A stretch of DNA of 63,815 nt, filler included, from Reclinomonas americana ATCC 50394 (Eukaryota), in NCBI GenBank assembly GCA_048213135.1. It is 20 parts of 20 records of this genome, joined end to end, with 100 filler letters (N's around TTAATTAATTAA, not from the genome) between each part and the next. Parts side by side here need not be neighbours in the genome. Positions count along the whole stretch, not along the records: positions 1 to 1,992 come from AFZH01018625.1; positions 2,093 to 5,734 come from AFZH01018626.1; positions 5,835 to 13,856 come from AFZH01018627.1; positions 13,957 to 17,805 come from AFZH01018628.1; positions 17,906 to 19,406 come from AFZH01018629.1; positions 19,507 to 24,879 come from AFZH01018631.1; 14 more parts are not named here. One strand, given 5' to 3'. The notes under the pieces were generated by a model. The model made no database searches. It saw only the letters and a program-made list of their open reading frames with translations, and was not told the DNA's origin. Made by a program: the position numbers and the translations under genes. Positions 1 to 22,978 of this stretch are shown here, in pieces (positions within the stretch are counted from its first letter, which is position 1; each line of letters starts with the position of its first letter).

Positions 1-195
1 TGAGTGAGTGAGTGAGTGAGTGAGTGAGTGAGTGAGTGAGTGAGTGAGTGAGTGAGTGAGTGAGTGAGTGAGTGAGTGAGTGAGTGAGTGAGTGAGTGAG
101 TGAGAGAGTGAGTGAGGGAGTGAGGGAGTGAGAGAGAGAGAGAGAGTGAGTGAGTGAGTGAGTGAGTGAGTGAGTGAGTGAGTGAATGAGTGAGT
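1..195. repeat. (TGAG)n microsatellite
   Basis: Tandem TGAG units directly visible, with minor GA/GGGA interruptions. Confidence 0.95.
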
Positions 196-587
196 TGTGT
201 TGTGATGTTGTGTCCGATTTGAGGCGGGAATGTGCGTGTTGATATAGTGGACGCGCGTGTGTGTGTGAATAAGTGAGTGAGTGAGAGACAGCACCTCCAC
301 GTGGCCCTCTTGTGTCATGGGCTGCTCTTGGTCGCGCGCGCGATTATTATATGGCCTTATATGTGTGTCGGATTCGCTTGATCCGATGAATTGGTCAAGT
401 GAGTCGGAACATTTCTTGTCGCTGCGGCCGTGAATGACCTGTCGAGAGTTATGCATTCTACTAGCAGTGTGTATGTTATGAAGGTCTGCCGAAAACTCCT
501 GCAAAAATGCAGCTGCGGTGTCGATATCGATGGATATCGAATGCAAGAAAATATTGTCTTTAAATTTTGTAGACCGAGGCTCAACAA

Positions 588-1034
588 CAACAACAACAAC
601 AACTTTACTAATCCAAACAGCAGCAGCTGCATGATGATCACCATCTTGAGTGAGCACCAGAAACTCAGACATCACGTGAACACTGAGAGAAAGTCGAGAT
701 GGCTAATGCTGGACGGCTTATGACAAGCATGGATTTGACGCCGAATTCCAAAAGGCAACGAGAAAGATTGCCAGTGGTGTTGGTATCAGAAGACGTAGGA
801 AAACCCAACAAAGCCAGGCAACGTGCAACAAAGTCCGGGAAGGAGCTGAGATGTAGTTGAGTGGTTGTTGCATGATCCGTGGTTTCTCTTGCAGAAACGC
901 CAGCATTAGCCATCTCGACTTTTTCCTCGTTTTATTTTTCGTGATGTCTGAGTTTCTGGTGCACGTGCTCACTCAAGATGGTGATCATCATGCAGCTGTG
1001 TTGCTGTTTGGATTAGTAAAGTTGTTGTTGTTGA
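588..1034. repeat. Imperfect inverted repeat: arms ~588-712 and ~900-1034, ~185-nt spacer
   Basis: caacaacaactttactaatccaaacagca...gctgcatgatgatcaccatcttgagtgagcac...cagaaactcagacatcacg...aaagtcgagatggctaatgctgg recurs as its reverse complement at 900-1034. Confidence 0.92.
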
Positions 1035-1055
1035 TGGTGTTGCTCACTGGAGTTG

Positions 1056-1482
1056 TCACTGCCGCCGGCTGATTCTGGCAACGGCATCGCAATGCGCCGA
1101 CCAGATGTAATGGTCGTGGCGCACAGTCTGGATCCGTGTCATCACTGCTTCGACGCTCTTGAGGTGAACGGTCGTACACCAGTTCGGCCACGTTGTCACC
1201 AGTCCGTGTCGGGACGATGCCACCGGAGCCAAACACCAGTGTATAGAAGACAACGCGCTTGTGCGTGTGCTGCTCGACAGCACGCATCAGATCGCGATAC
1301 TTCTCCTTTTTCTTCTCAGCAGCCGTCTCCAGCGAGCTCTTTCTGTCACCTTGCAGTCGTCCGTCAGCGACATACGCCACAGTAACGTCAGCCATAAAGA
1401 TGACATCTTCTTGCCCAGCACGGCGCAGTAGTCCGACAATATCCGAAAGTGTCGACGACAAGCAATCCCTGTCACTGTCCAA
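1056..1482 (-). mobile_element. 5'-truncated, frameshifted remnant of an RLE-type (R2/NeSL/CRE-like) non-LTR retrotransposon, endonuclease domain only
   Basis: Translation SDIVG...DVTVAY...LETAAEKKKEKYRDL...FYTLVFGSGG matches the RLE pattern PD..D(V)T...KxxKY...PxVxGxxG. It continues in another frame to ...HYIWSAHC. No RT domain is seen. Confidence 0.72.
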
Positions 1483-1570
1483 GTGCTCGTGTCCAACTCA
1501 ACGTGAAAGACCGATCATCTGGCATGGCAAAACATGTTCTTCTGATTGTAATAATTATGGATCTATTTCT

Positions 1571-13599
<12,029 letters not shown>

Positions 13600-13956
13600 C
13601 TGCATGGAGGGAGGCGGTGAGGGGAAAGGGGAAGGAAAAGGGAAAAGGAACAGGGGATGGAACTGGGGGGAAGGAACAGGGGAAAGGAACAGGGGAAAGG
13701 AGCAGGGGAAAGGAAGAGGGGGAGAAAGGAACATGTGGGAAGGAGAAAGGAACATGTGGGAAGGAGAAGAGGGAAGGAACAGGGGGGATGGAACAGGGGG
13801 AAGGAACAGGGGGGAGGAACAGGTGGGAAGGAACAGGGGGAAGGAACAGCGGGAAGNNNNNNNNNNNNNNNNNNNNNNNNNNNNNNNNNNNNNNNNNNNN
13901 TTAATTAATTAANNNNNNNNNNNNNNNNNNNNNNNNNNNNNNNNNNNNNNNNNNNN

Positions 13957-14325
13957 CTTGTCCTGACTCCCAGTGACGACGTGCAGCCCGTCGGGTGTCA
14001 CGGCGACAGTCCGCACAAGGTCCGTGTGTCCCTTCATCACCCGCACTTGGCCGCCACTCGTCAGAGACCACACTCGCACTGTGTTGTCACTGCTGCCACT
14101 CACGACATGCTCGCCATCGGGAGTGACGGCGACAGAGTGCACTGGCGCAAGGTGGCCTTTCAACTGTCGCACCTCCTCGCCACTCACCAGTGACCACACT
14201 CGCACCTCGTGATCGTTACTTGCACTGACAAGGTGACGACCGTCGGGAGTAAAGGCGACAGAGAACACGTAGCCGTAGTGACCCCACAGGCGCTTACACA
14301 GGAAAGAGGGAGCGGGGTGTGACAT
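13957..14325 (-). CDS. HET-E-like WD40 repeat protein, copy A (3' part lost in gap)
   Basis: MSHPAPSFLCKRLWGH followed by 42-aa GH..V.SVA.TPDG.H.VSGS.D.TVRVWSL repeats; no intron. Confidence 0.9.
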
Positions 14326-14707
14326 GCGTGCAAGGGGGAAGGGAGAGAGGGGGGAGCAGGGAGAAAGCGCTCGCAACTACGTAAGAATGGAGGAGATGAA
14401 GGACGAACTTCGCAGAAGGGCACTTCCTTGACCATGACACAAACAACAGTGTGGTGGCGGTGCGCATCGTCACCTGGTTCTCTACAGAGCTATACACACA
14501 GCAGAAACGCGACGTTCATTTCAAATAAACGGGGCTGCAGCCTCCTGTGCCACTGCCTCGCATGCGCACGTACAATGTGGGAAGGGATTTGATGCACCAC
14601 AAGCTCAATCTCGTCAACAATGAAGCACGCAGCACTGCACAGTGGAGAGAGGAAGATCACGCTGGAAAGGAGAAGACACAGGAGCTGCAGTCTCCTGCAT
14701 CAACGCC

Positions 14708-15799
14708 TCACATATACAATGCTGGATCGGCTCGGCATCGATACACCTCGACTTCAGCCTGCTCGACAATGAAGCAACGCAGCACCATCTCCGGCAAGCA
14801 TCGCGAACCCTTCTCGCCCCTGCCGCGCTCGCGTCGCTGCATCTCTTGCACAACACGCAAGGCCTCGCGAGCTTTGTCGAGCTCCAGGCGGGCGAGACCG
14901 AGGGGCGTGGACCACACTCGCACCGTTTTATCAAGACTGCCACCCATAATGTTCTGACCGTCGGCAGTGACGGCCAGAGAGAGCACGCCGCCCGCATGCT
15001 CCTCCAACCGTCGCACCTCCTCGCCACTCGTCGACGACCACACGCGCACTGTGCAATCCTCGCTGCCGCTTACAATGTGCTGACCAGAGGGGGTGACGGC
15101 GACGGACAACACGTAGTGCGTGTGCCGCTCCAATCGACGCACCTCCTCGCCACTTGCCAGTGACCACACTCGCACAGTTGCGTCCATACTCCCACTGACA
15201 ACAAGGCGCCCATCGGAAGTGACGGCGACAGCGTTCACCCAATCCGTGTGACCGCGCAACCGTCGCACCTGCTTCCCTGTCGCCAGCGACCACACACGCA
15301 CCGACTCGTCCGTGCTGCCACTGACAATGTGCTCACTGTCGGGAGTGACAGCGACAGAGCGCACAGCGCCAGAGTGCCCCTCACACTGTCGAACGTACTT
15401 GCCACTCTCCAGTGACCACACGCGCACTGTCTTGTCAGCGTTCCCACTCACCACATGCCGACCGTCGGGAGTGATGGCGACAGAGTGCACCCAGCCAGTG
15501 TGTCTCTTCAACTGTTGCACCTCCTCGCCACTCGCCAGTGACCACACTCGTATTGTGGTGTCACGACTCCCGCTCACGATGTGCTGACCATCGGGGGTGA
15601 TGGCCACAGTTGTCACCTCGCTTGTGTGCCCCTCCAGTCGTTGCAATTCTTGCCCACTCGCCAGCGACCACACTCGCACAGTCTTGTCACCGCTCGCGCT
15701 CACACAATGCCGGCCGTCGGGGGTGACGGCGACAGAGAAGACGTAGCCGGAGTGACCCCGCAGGCACTTGGAGAGGAGAGGGGGGGCGGGGTGAGACAT
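14708..15799 (-). CDS. HET-E-like 7xWD40 protein with conserved C-terminal tail, copy B (363 aa)
   Basis: Intact single-exon ORF with 7 WD repeats, then GLARLELDKAREALRVVQEMQ...SRCLPEMVLRCFIVEQAEVEVYRCRADPALYM. Confidence 0.93.
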   Translation of the reverse strand: MSHPAPPLLSKCLRGHSGYVFSVAVTPDGRHCVSASGDKTVRVWSLASGQELQRLEGHTSEVTTVAITPDGQHIVSGSRDTTIRVWSLASGEEVQQLKRHTGWVHSVAITPDGRHVVSGNADKTVRVWSLESGKYVRQCEGHSGAVRSVAVTPDSEHIVSGSTDESVRVWSLATGKQVRRLRGHTDWVNAVAVTSDGRLVVSGSMDATVRVWSLASGEEVRRLERHTHYVLSVAVTPSGQHIVSGSEDCTVRVWSSTSGEEVRRLEEHAGGVLSLAVTADGQNIMGGSLDKTVRVWSTPLGLARLELDKAREALRVVQEMQRRERGRGEKGSRCLPEMVLRCFIVEQAEVEVYRCRADPALYM

Positions 15800-16100
15800 G
15801 TGAGAGGGGGAGAGGGAAGGGCAATCGGAGGACGAACTTCGCGGACTGCGGTGCTCTCGCGTCGCGATCCCGTTGGCCGTGGAGCAGGGCAGGCGGAGCT
15901 TGTCATTACTGAGCGTTCTACAGAGCTACAAGCAAGAAGCAGGCGGTGACGCTGAGTACACTGGTTTATTCCGATGTTGGCGGCCCCGATTCGAAGTGGT
16001 CGAGGGAGGAAGAAAGGAGAGGAAAACGGGAACGCTTGTGCTGGCAGAACAAGGCTTGTCAGAGGCAGCAACGCCCCAAGCGAAACGAAAAGAAGAAACG
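15800..16100 (-). promoter_or_regulatory. Conserved upstream cassette of the WD40 array (also ~17330-17720, ~18625-19100, ~19112-19350, diverged ~14330-14540)
   Basis: Shared blocks on the + strand upstream of each ATG: ggacgaactt, gagtgttctacagagct, ctggtttattcc, cccgattcga, agaggcagcaacgccccaagcgaaac. The regulatory role is inferred from position only. Confidence 0.6.
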
Positions 16101-16227
16101 TCAGATACTTAGCAGTACAAAGTAGAGATGGAGAGAGACAGAGAGATAGAAACAATTGCGTTCCACCCTTGCAGCAACACTAATGAAAAGACAGCTGCAT
16201 GACGCTGCAGCTTCTTGTGCCATCGCC

Positions 16228-17328
16228 TCACAGATACAACGCGGGATCCATACGGTATCGGCGAACCACGACCTCAGCCTCCTCAACCATAAAGCACCGC
16301 AGCACCATCTCCGGCAAGCATCGCGAATCCGTTTGCTCGTCTTCTGCATCGCCGCGTTGCTGCATCTCCTGCACAGCCTGCATGGCCGAGCGTGCGGCGT
16401 TGAGCTCGGAGCCGGCGAGACCACACGCGGTGGACCACACACAAATAGTCTTGTCGTCACTGCCACTCACTATGCGCTGGCCATCGGAAGTGACGGCGAC
16501 AGAGTATGCCCATCCAGTGTGTCCCTCCAACCGCCGCACCTTCTTCCCCGTCGCCAGCGACCACACGCGCACTACGTTATCACAGCTGCCGCTCACAATG
16601 TGTTGCCCGTCGGGAGTGACGGCGACTGAGTTCGCCTCCGTCATGCCGAAGTCTCCCTTCAACCGTCGCACCACCTCCCCAGTCGCCCGCGACCACACGC
16701 GCACTGTGTTATCCCAGCTGCCGCTCACAATGTGCTGTCCGTCAGCAGAGACGGCGACACAGCACACCCACCCGTTGTGTCCACGCAGCTGATGCACCTC
16801 CTCGCCACTCGCCAGTGACCACACTCGCACAGTTTCATCTGCACTGCCACTGACGACGTGCTCACCATCGCGAGAGACAGCGATAGAGTGTACCACATCC
16901 GTGTGCCCTTGCAGTCGTCGCACCTCCTCGCCACTCGCGAGCGACCACACGAGCACCGCGCCATCATTACTTTCGCTCACAATATGCGCGCCATCAGGGG
17001 TGACAGCGACAGATCGCACCCAGTCAGTGTGCCCGCTCCACCGTCGCACCTCCCGCCCACTTGCGAGTGACCACACTCGCACAGTGCCATCATTGCTACC
17101 ACTGACAACATGCTGACTATCAGAGGTCATAGCGAGACAGGTCACTGCGCCAGTGTGTCCCTCCAGTCGTCGCACCTCTTGCCCACTCGTGAGTGACCAT
17201 ACAATCACTATCATGTCGTCACCGCCACTGGCAAGGTGAGCGTCATCGGGAGAGACGGCAATGCAGTACACCAACGAGGTGTGTCCACGCAGGCATTTGC
17301 AGAGGAAGGAGGGAGCGGTGTGAGACAT
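16228..17328 (-). CDS. HET-E-like 7xWD40 protein with conserved tail, copy C
   Basis: ATG at 17328 (MSHTAPSFLCK) aligns with the paralog starts. Tail reads CGLAGSELNAARSAMQAVQEMQ...DSRCLPEMVLRCFMVEEAEVVVRRYRMDPALYL. Confidence 0.93.
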   Translation of the reverse strand: MSHTAPSFLCKCLRGHTSLVYCIAVSPDDAHLASGGDDMIVIVWSLTSGQEVRRLEGHTGAVTCLAMTSDSQHVVSGSNDGTVRVWSLASGREVRRWSGHTDWVRSVAVTPDGAHIVSESNDGAVLVWSLASGEEVRRLQGHTDVVHSIAVSRDGEHVVSGSADETVRVWSLASGEEVHQLRGHNGWVCCVAVSADGQHIVSGSWDNTVRVWSRATGEVVRRLKGDFGMTEANSVAVTPDGQHIVSGSCDNVVRVWSLATGKKVRRLEGHTGWAYSVAVTSDGQRIVSGSDDKTICVWSTACGLAGSELNAARSAMQAVQEMQQRGDAEDEQTDSRCLPEMVLRCFMVEEAEVVVRRYRMDPALYL

Positions 17329-17734
17329 GTGAGAGGGGGAAGGGGAGGGAAGGGGGAAGGGAAGGGAGGGAGGGAGGAGAGGAACTCGGCGTTCAACGAA
17401 GCAAAAAGAACGGAGACGATCGCGAGGACGAGGACGAACTTGAGAGAACGGGGTTCCTGCATCGCGATTCCGTTGGGCGCAGGCGGCGCTTGTCATCGCT
17501 GAGTGTTCTACAGAGCTGCAAAGCAAGAAGAGACAGGCGGTGACGCTGAGTACACTGGTTTATTCCGAAGTTGGCGGCCCCGATTCGAAGTGGTAGAGGG
17601 AGGAAGAAAGGAGAGGAAAACGGGAACGCTTATGCTGGCAGAACAAGGCTTGTCAGAGGCAGCAACGCCCCAAGCGAAACCAAAAGAAGCACAGAACCCC
17701 GAGGAAAAGAAACATTGGAAATGACTCGACAGTC

Positions 17735-17775
<41 letters not shown>

Positions 17776-17905
17776 GACCACCCTTGCAGACGACACTAAT
17801 AGAAANNNNNNNNNNNNNNNNNNNNNNNNNNNNNNNNNNNNNNNNNNNNTTAATTAATTAANNNNNNNNNNNNNNNNNNNNNNNNNNNNNNNNNNNNNNN
17901 NNNNN

Positions 17906-18622
17906 GGGAGTGACGGCCACAGACGCCACCGTAGCATTGTGTCCCTCCAACCGTCGCACTTCTTCACCACTCGCCAGTGACCACACGCGCACTGTGCCGT
18001 CACAGCTGCCGCTCACAATAAAGCGACTGTCGGGGGTGACGGCGACAGCGTCCACCCGCTCAGCGTGTCCCTCCATCCGTCGCACCTCCTGCCCACTCTC
18101 CAGTGACCACACGCGCACTGTCTTGTCACTGCTGCCACTCACAACATGCAGTCCGTCAGCTGAGACGGCGACAGAGCGCACCGCATCCGTGTGCCCTTCC
18201 ATCCGGTGCTCTTGCACGCCATTCTCCAGTGAGAACACGCGCACCGTCCAGTCAACACTCCCACTCACAGCGTGTCGATCGTCGGGTGTGATGGCGACAG
18301 ACAGCACCCCGGCAGGGTGTCCCTCCGGATCCAGCCAGAGTATCTCCGCACCACTCGCCAGTGACCACACTCGCACTGTGCCATCATTGCCTCCACTCAC
18401 AATGTACTGACCGTCGAGTGTGATGGCCACTGATCGCACCCAGCTTAGGTGCCCATGCAGTCGTCGCACCTCCTCCCCCCGCGCCAGTGACCAAACGCGA
18501 ATCGTGGTGTCGAGGCCACCACTCACAATGTGTTGACCGTCGGGAGTGATGGCGACGGAGAGCACGAAGCCAGTGTGTCCACGAATGGACTTGCAGAGGA
18601 AGGGGGGAGTGGGGTGAGACAT
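17906..18622 (-). CDS. HET-E-like WD40 protein, copy D (3' part in gap)
   Basis: MSHPTPPFLCKSIRGH plus more than 5 WD repeats. The family 3'-flank motif (ccacccttgcag..acactaat) reappears at 17778-17805 across the gap. Confidence 0.9.
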
Positions 18623-18819
18623 TTGATGAGAGGGCGGGAGGGGGGAGGAAAGGGAAGAGCAGTGTGAACTGAGGACGAGGACGAACTTCTCCGAAGGGGG
18701 TTCTCGTGTCGCGATTCAGGTGGCCTTGGTAACAGGGCAGGCGGCGCGTGTCATCACTGAGTGCTCTACGGTGTTGCACAGCAAGAAGAAACACGCAGTG
18801 ACGAACTATTCTGGTTTAT

Positions 18820-18999
18820 TTGTTTGATTGGCTTTAAATTTGTCTCCTGAAAGGGAAGATGACTGTTGGAGAAGTAATTATGTGTTTGTATATTGGTGTG
18901 CCAAGGTCATTGTCGGCAAGGGATTTGTGGGCGTTTGTTGCATTACTGGAATGTGGTGAATGAAGTGTTTTGTGTGCGATGACATCGCAGCGATTTCAC
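18820..18999 (+). mobile_element. ~170-bp dispersed element inserted in a WD40 upstream cassette
   Basis: It interrupts the cassette after ctggtttatt and is absent from the paralogous cassettes. A reverse-complement homolog lies at ~47441-47603. Confidence 0.65.
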
Positions 19000-19351
19000 A
19001 ACGGCCCAATTCAGAGTGGGGAAGGGAGGAAAGGAGCATAAGTGCGCAGTCACCACAGCAACATCCCAAGTGAAACGAAAGGAAGCACAGCAACCCAAGG
19101 CAAAGAAACATGGCAGGGCAGGCGGCGCGTACATCACTGAGTGTTCTGCAGAGCTGTAACGCAAGAGCGGAAACGCGACGAACACTTGTTTATTCCGGAG
19201 ACACGAAAAGGCCCCGATTCGACGTGGTCGAGGGGAGAAGAAAGGAGAGGAAAAAGAGAACGTTGTGCAGAGGCAGCAACGCCCCAAGCGAAACGAAAGG
19301 AAGCACAGTAACTCAAGGAAAAGAAACATGGAAAATGACTCGGCAGTGAAG

Positions 19352-19404
<53 letters not shown>

Positions 19405-19930
19405 GTNNNNNNNNNNNNNNNNNNNNNNNNNNNNNNNNNNNNNNNNNNNNTTAATTAATTAANNNNNNNNNNNNNNNNNNNNNNNNNNNNNNNNNNNNNN
19501 NNNNNNGTAGGAGGAGAGAGACAGACAGATAGAGAGAGAGAGAGAGAGAGAGAGTGAGGAGGGGACGCAACAAGGCGCACTGCAGAGGTTGCAGATTGCA
19601 ACAAGAGAGAGACAGACAGCTGGAGGGAGAGAGAGAAGGAGACAGGGAGAAACGATGGCAGACAAGCAATCAGACAGAGAAGAGAGACTGGGAGAGAGAG
19701 AGGCAAGGAGGAAACAAGGAGTGCTGCAGAGGTTGCAGACAGTAGGAAGAGAGAGAAACGAAAGATAAGCAGAGTAGGTGAGAAAGAACGTGAATGGAAG
19801 AGATGCAATAGGGAGAATGGCAGAAGTTGCTGACTGCGGAGGGCAGAGTGTATCGTCTCCCTTCCGCCTCCTCTCTTCTCCCCTCTGTCCATCCCTTTCC
19901 CTTCATTGACCACATCCTCCCACACCCACA

Positions 19931-21798
19931 GAGAACTGCTGTAGAGTCATTGGGCACAAGCTGCGCGACTGCTGTCGCTGCTGCTGCCTCTGCATCGGCT
20001 ACTCCTGCAAGCAAGCGTGGTGTGGCGTGTGCTTGGCGGTGAGGGACCGCAAGGCGGCTCTGCGGAGTGAGCGCGATAGTAAGCACGATTTGTGGGAGCG
20101 TGAGAGACAACGTGAGGCGCTGGAGGCCATGCAGCATGCAAGGTAAGTTGAGGGAGAGGGAAAGAGAGCGGGGTGGGGGTGGTACATCGCCCATCCCTCC
20201 CTTCCCCTTCTATCCCGCGCGCTCACGCAGAGTGTTTGTGCGCTGTTAATGTTTACGTAAGAGAGCACAGCACGAGAGAGAGACAAGAGAGAAGTATGTG
20301 TATGATGCTCGTTCTACTCTTCCACGGTTCTCTCTGTCTCCTTCGCTCTCATCCAGTTACGAGTCTCTTTCTCTCTCCCTTCTTCATATGTCTTTCTCTC
20401 TCTCTCTCTCGCTCGCTCTCTGTCGTGATGATTGCAATAGCTCTCCAGTTGTCTATTGCCTGCCCTTCTTGTTCTCCTCCGCCACTCATTACGCTAAGCG
20501 CGTGCTGATCGCGAATGGTCGGGCTGCGTTTGAAAACAGGGCTTCGGTGTCTTTTTCTCTCTTTCCCTCTCTCATCTCTCTCTTTCTCTCTCTCATCTCT
20601 CTCTCTCTCTCTCTCTCTTGCGTGCTGGTTGCAACAGTACCAGTTGTTTATTGCCTGCCTTTCTTGTTCTCCTCTGCCACTCATTACGCCAAGCGCGTGC
20701 TAATCACAAGTGACTCGACTGCGTTTGAAAACAGAGCTTCGATGTCTTTCTATCTTTCTCTCTTTCTCGGTCTCTTCGCTTTCTCTTCTCTCTCTCTCTC
20801 TCTTGCGTGCTGGTTGCAACAGTACTTCAGTTGTCTATTACCTGCCGTTCTTGTCCACCTCTGCCTCTCGTTAGCGTGCTGATCGCGAATGGTTGGGCTG
20901 CGTTGAAACAGAGCTCCTGTGTGTGTGTGTGTGTGTGTGTGTCTCTCTCTCTCTCTCTCCTCTCTCTTTCTCTCTCTCTCTCTCAGTCTCAGTCTCTCTC
21001 TCTCTCTCTCCTCTCCCCTCTCTCTTTCTTGCTTTCTCTTCCTCTCGGGCCAACTGATCACATTCTTGATTTGGTTCTCTGCTCTTACGCTCTCCTCTTC
21101 TCGTCTTCCATTTGCGCTGGTCCGGCCCCCCTCGCTGATCCTGGCTCTTTGCCTTCACCACCACAGAGAAATGTTCCACTCCATCCCTCCCCCAGCCTTC
21201 GATGTGCGATTATTCATCCAGGACGACCTGGAAGATCAACCAGGCCGTGCATTGGTCCGTCTCTGCGTGGCTCCTGTGCTCTCCCCTTATCCCTAGCTCA
21301 GTTCCCTGCATCCCGCTATTGCAGTTTTTCCGCGACAAGGTACCGGACAACTACGTGCATATGAAACTGGTGCAGCCAACGCACTTTGACGCCGCCATTG
21401 CGAGGTGGAAAGATCAGAAGGCTCTGGCTGCTGCCTCGGCGGCGTCGGCCTCCGGGTCGCCCTCTGCAGCGGCGGATGCCGCGAGTGAGGACAGCGGGCG
21501 GGGCGTGGGTGCGTCATTACCTGTGGCGGCGTCGTCGGCGCCGAGATTACCGTCGTTGCCATTGTCGCCGCAGAGGAGTGGTCGGGAGGCAGGTGAGTGG
21601 GAAAGGGGGAGGGGGGGAGAGGGGGAGGGAGAGAGAAGAAGAAGAAGAAGACGGGAAGGAGGAAAAATGTGGCCTGCTGTGTGTGTGTGAGAGAGAGAGA
21701 GAGTGCGTGTGTGTATTAGTGTATCACCTGGGTATGGGATGCATACTTGGCGATTGTCTGTTTGTTCGTTTCACTGTTTCCGTTCGGTCGTGTCGTTG

Positions 21799-21848
<50 letters not shown>

Positions 21849-22905
21849 AATGGTTATTGTTCTCAATCCGAGAACATTTTTAGTTATGGACTTTGTTCCT
21901 CTTTCCCTGCACTTACTCGTGTCATTAATCTTTCGTGTCTTCTCCGTGCGACTGCATTTGCGCATGCAGGGTGCTTTACCAGCAACCTTCCTCTCTCCTC
22001 ATTGTGCCAACAGTTTGGCATTGTGAGCTGCTGTTCCTCCTTCCATGCACATTCTTGTGCCATTCTCCTGTTAACCGCGATCCTTTCAGGCACTTGTTCA
22101 TGCCAGTGCTCCATTTCTCTCCTCTCTGCAAGGGAATGCGTTCCTTCCTTCGAAAGCATGCTCCCTTCTGTCTCCTCACTGCGAGTGCATCTGTGGTTGC
22201 GTATTCTGTGTTTCACCTTTCGCGCACTTTCTTGTGCCTTGGAAAGCTGCTCCGTTCTTCAAGTTTTGAGTTCCATTTAGGCACTGTTCATGCCAATGCT
22301 CTATTTTTCTTCTCCCTGCGTGGGCATGTTTTCCTTCCTTCGAGTGCATGCTCATGCCAACAACCCTCTGTCTCCTCACTGCGAGTGCGTTGGTTGCTGT
22401 GGACTTTCGTGCCTCCTTTGTACACACTCGCGCTGGTACTCCTCCTTTCGAGTGCATTGTGGTTGTTGATTTATGTCTCTCTTTCATGCGCTTGTTTCTT
22501 CCTCTCCTCCCTGCGAGTGCATCCGCAGTTGTGAAAACTTGTGCTCCTCCCTTCGTGCACTTATTCGCCATAATTATCTTCTCCCCCTTTCCGTTCAATC
22601 TCCCCCTTCCCCTCCCCCCACCAGCCCCCCCACCCCTAGCCACCCCCCTCTCCCCCTCCGCCGTGGAGACCACTCTGCTGCCGTCACCACCCGCTGGCCC
22701 ATCGGCTTCCGCCGTATCCCCACAATCGGCTCGTTTCGCACGAGCCGCCCACCGTGATGATGGGCACGCACCATCACGATCGTTTGTGGCCTCGCAATCG
22801 CCGGCCGCAGCACCTACCTCACCGCTTTCCTCCTCCGAATTACCGGGGCAAGTGGAGGAGCCGTCGTCTCCGCCTCCGCTGTCCGACGCCGACAGCGCTG
22901 TTTAA
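19931..22905 (+). CDS. Uncharacterised multi-exon gene with a cysteine-string exon
   Basis: AG/GT-bounded exons NCCRVIGHKLRDCCRCCCLCIGYSCKQAWCGVCLA (~19931-20038) and FFRDKVPDNYVHMKLVQPTHFDAAIARW (~21325-21592), and an S/P-rich last exon ending at 22905. Exon connections are uncertain. Confidence 0.45.
20435..20920. repeat. Three ~185-bp tandem units separated by (CT)n
   Basis: cagttgtctattgcctgcc...gcgtgctgatcgcgaatggt..gggctgcgtt.gaaa.cag.gct occurs three times. Confidence 0.85.
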
Positions 22906-22978
22906 GTCATCCACACACAAAGAGCACACACACGACCTAATGAATGTGTGTTTTAATTGTTTATCTGAAGAAAACCAA

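Noticed and set aside
1..195. (TGAG)n as a telomere or retrotransposon tail
   Set aside because: The same tetramer occurs internally (~54395-54410), unique sequence separates it from the RLE remnant, and the window edge is arbitrary.
15790..15845. Hidden first intron in the WD40 genes (conserved AA|GTTCGT plus pyrimidine tract)
   Set aside because: Copy C lacks a matching acceptor AG, upstream frames are not conserved, and the ATG-TCN start is conserved in all five copies. A 5'-UTR intron cannot be fully excluded.
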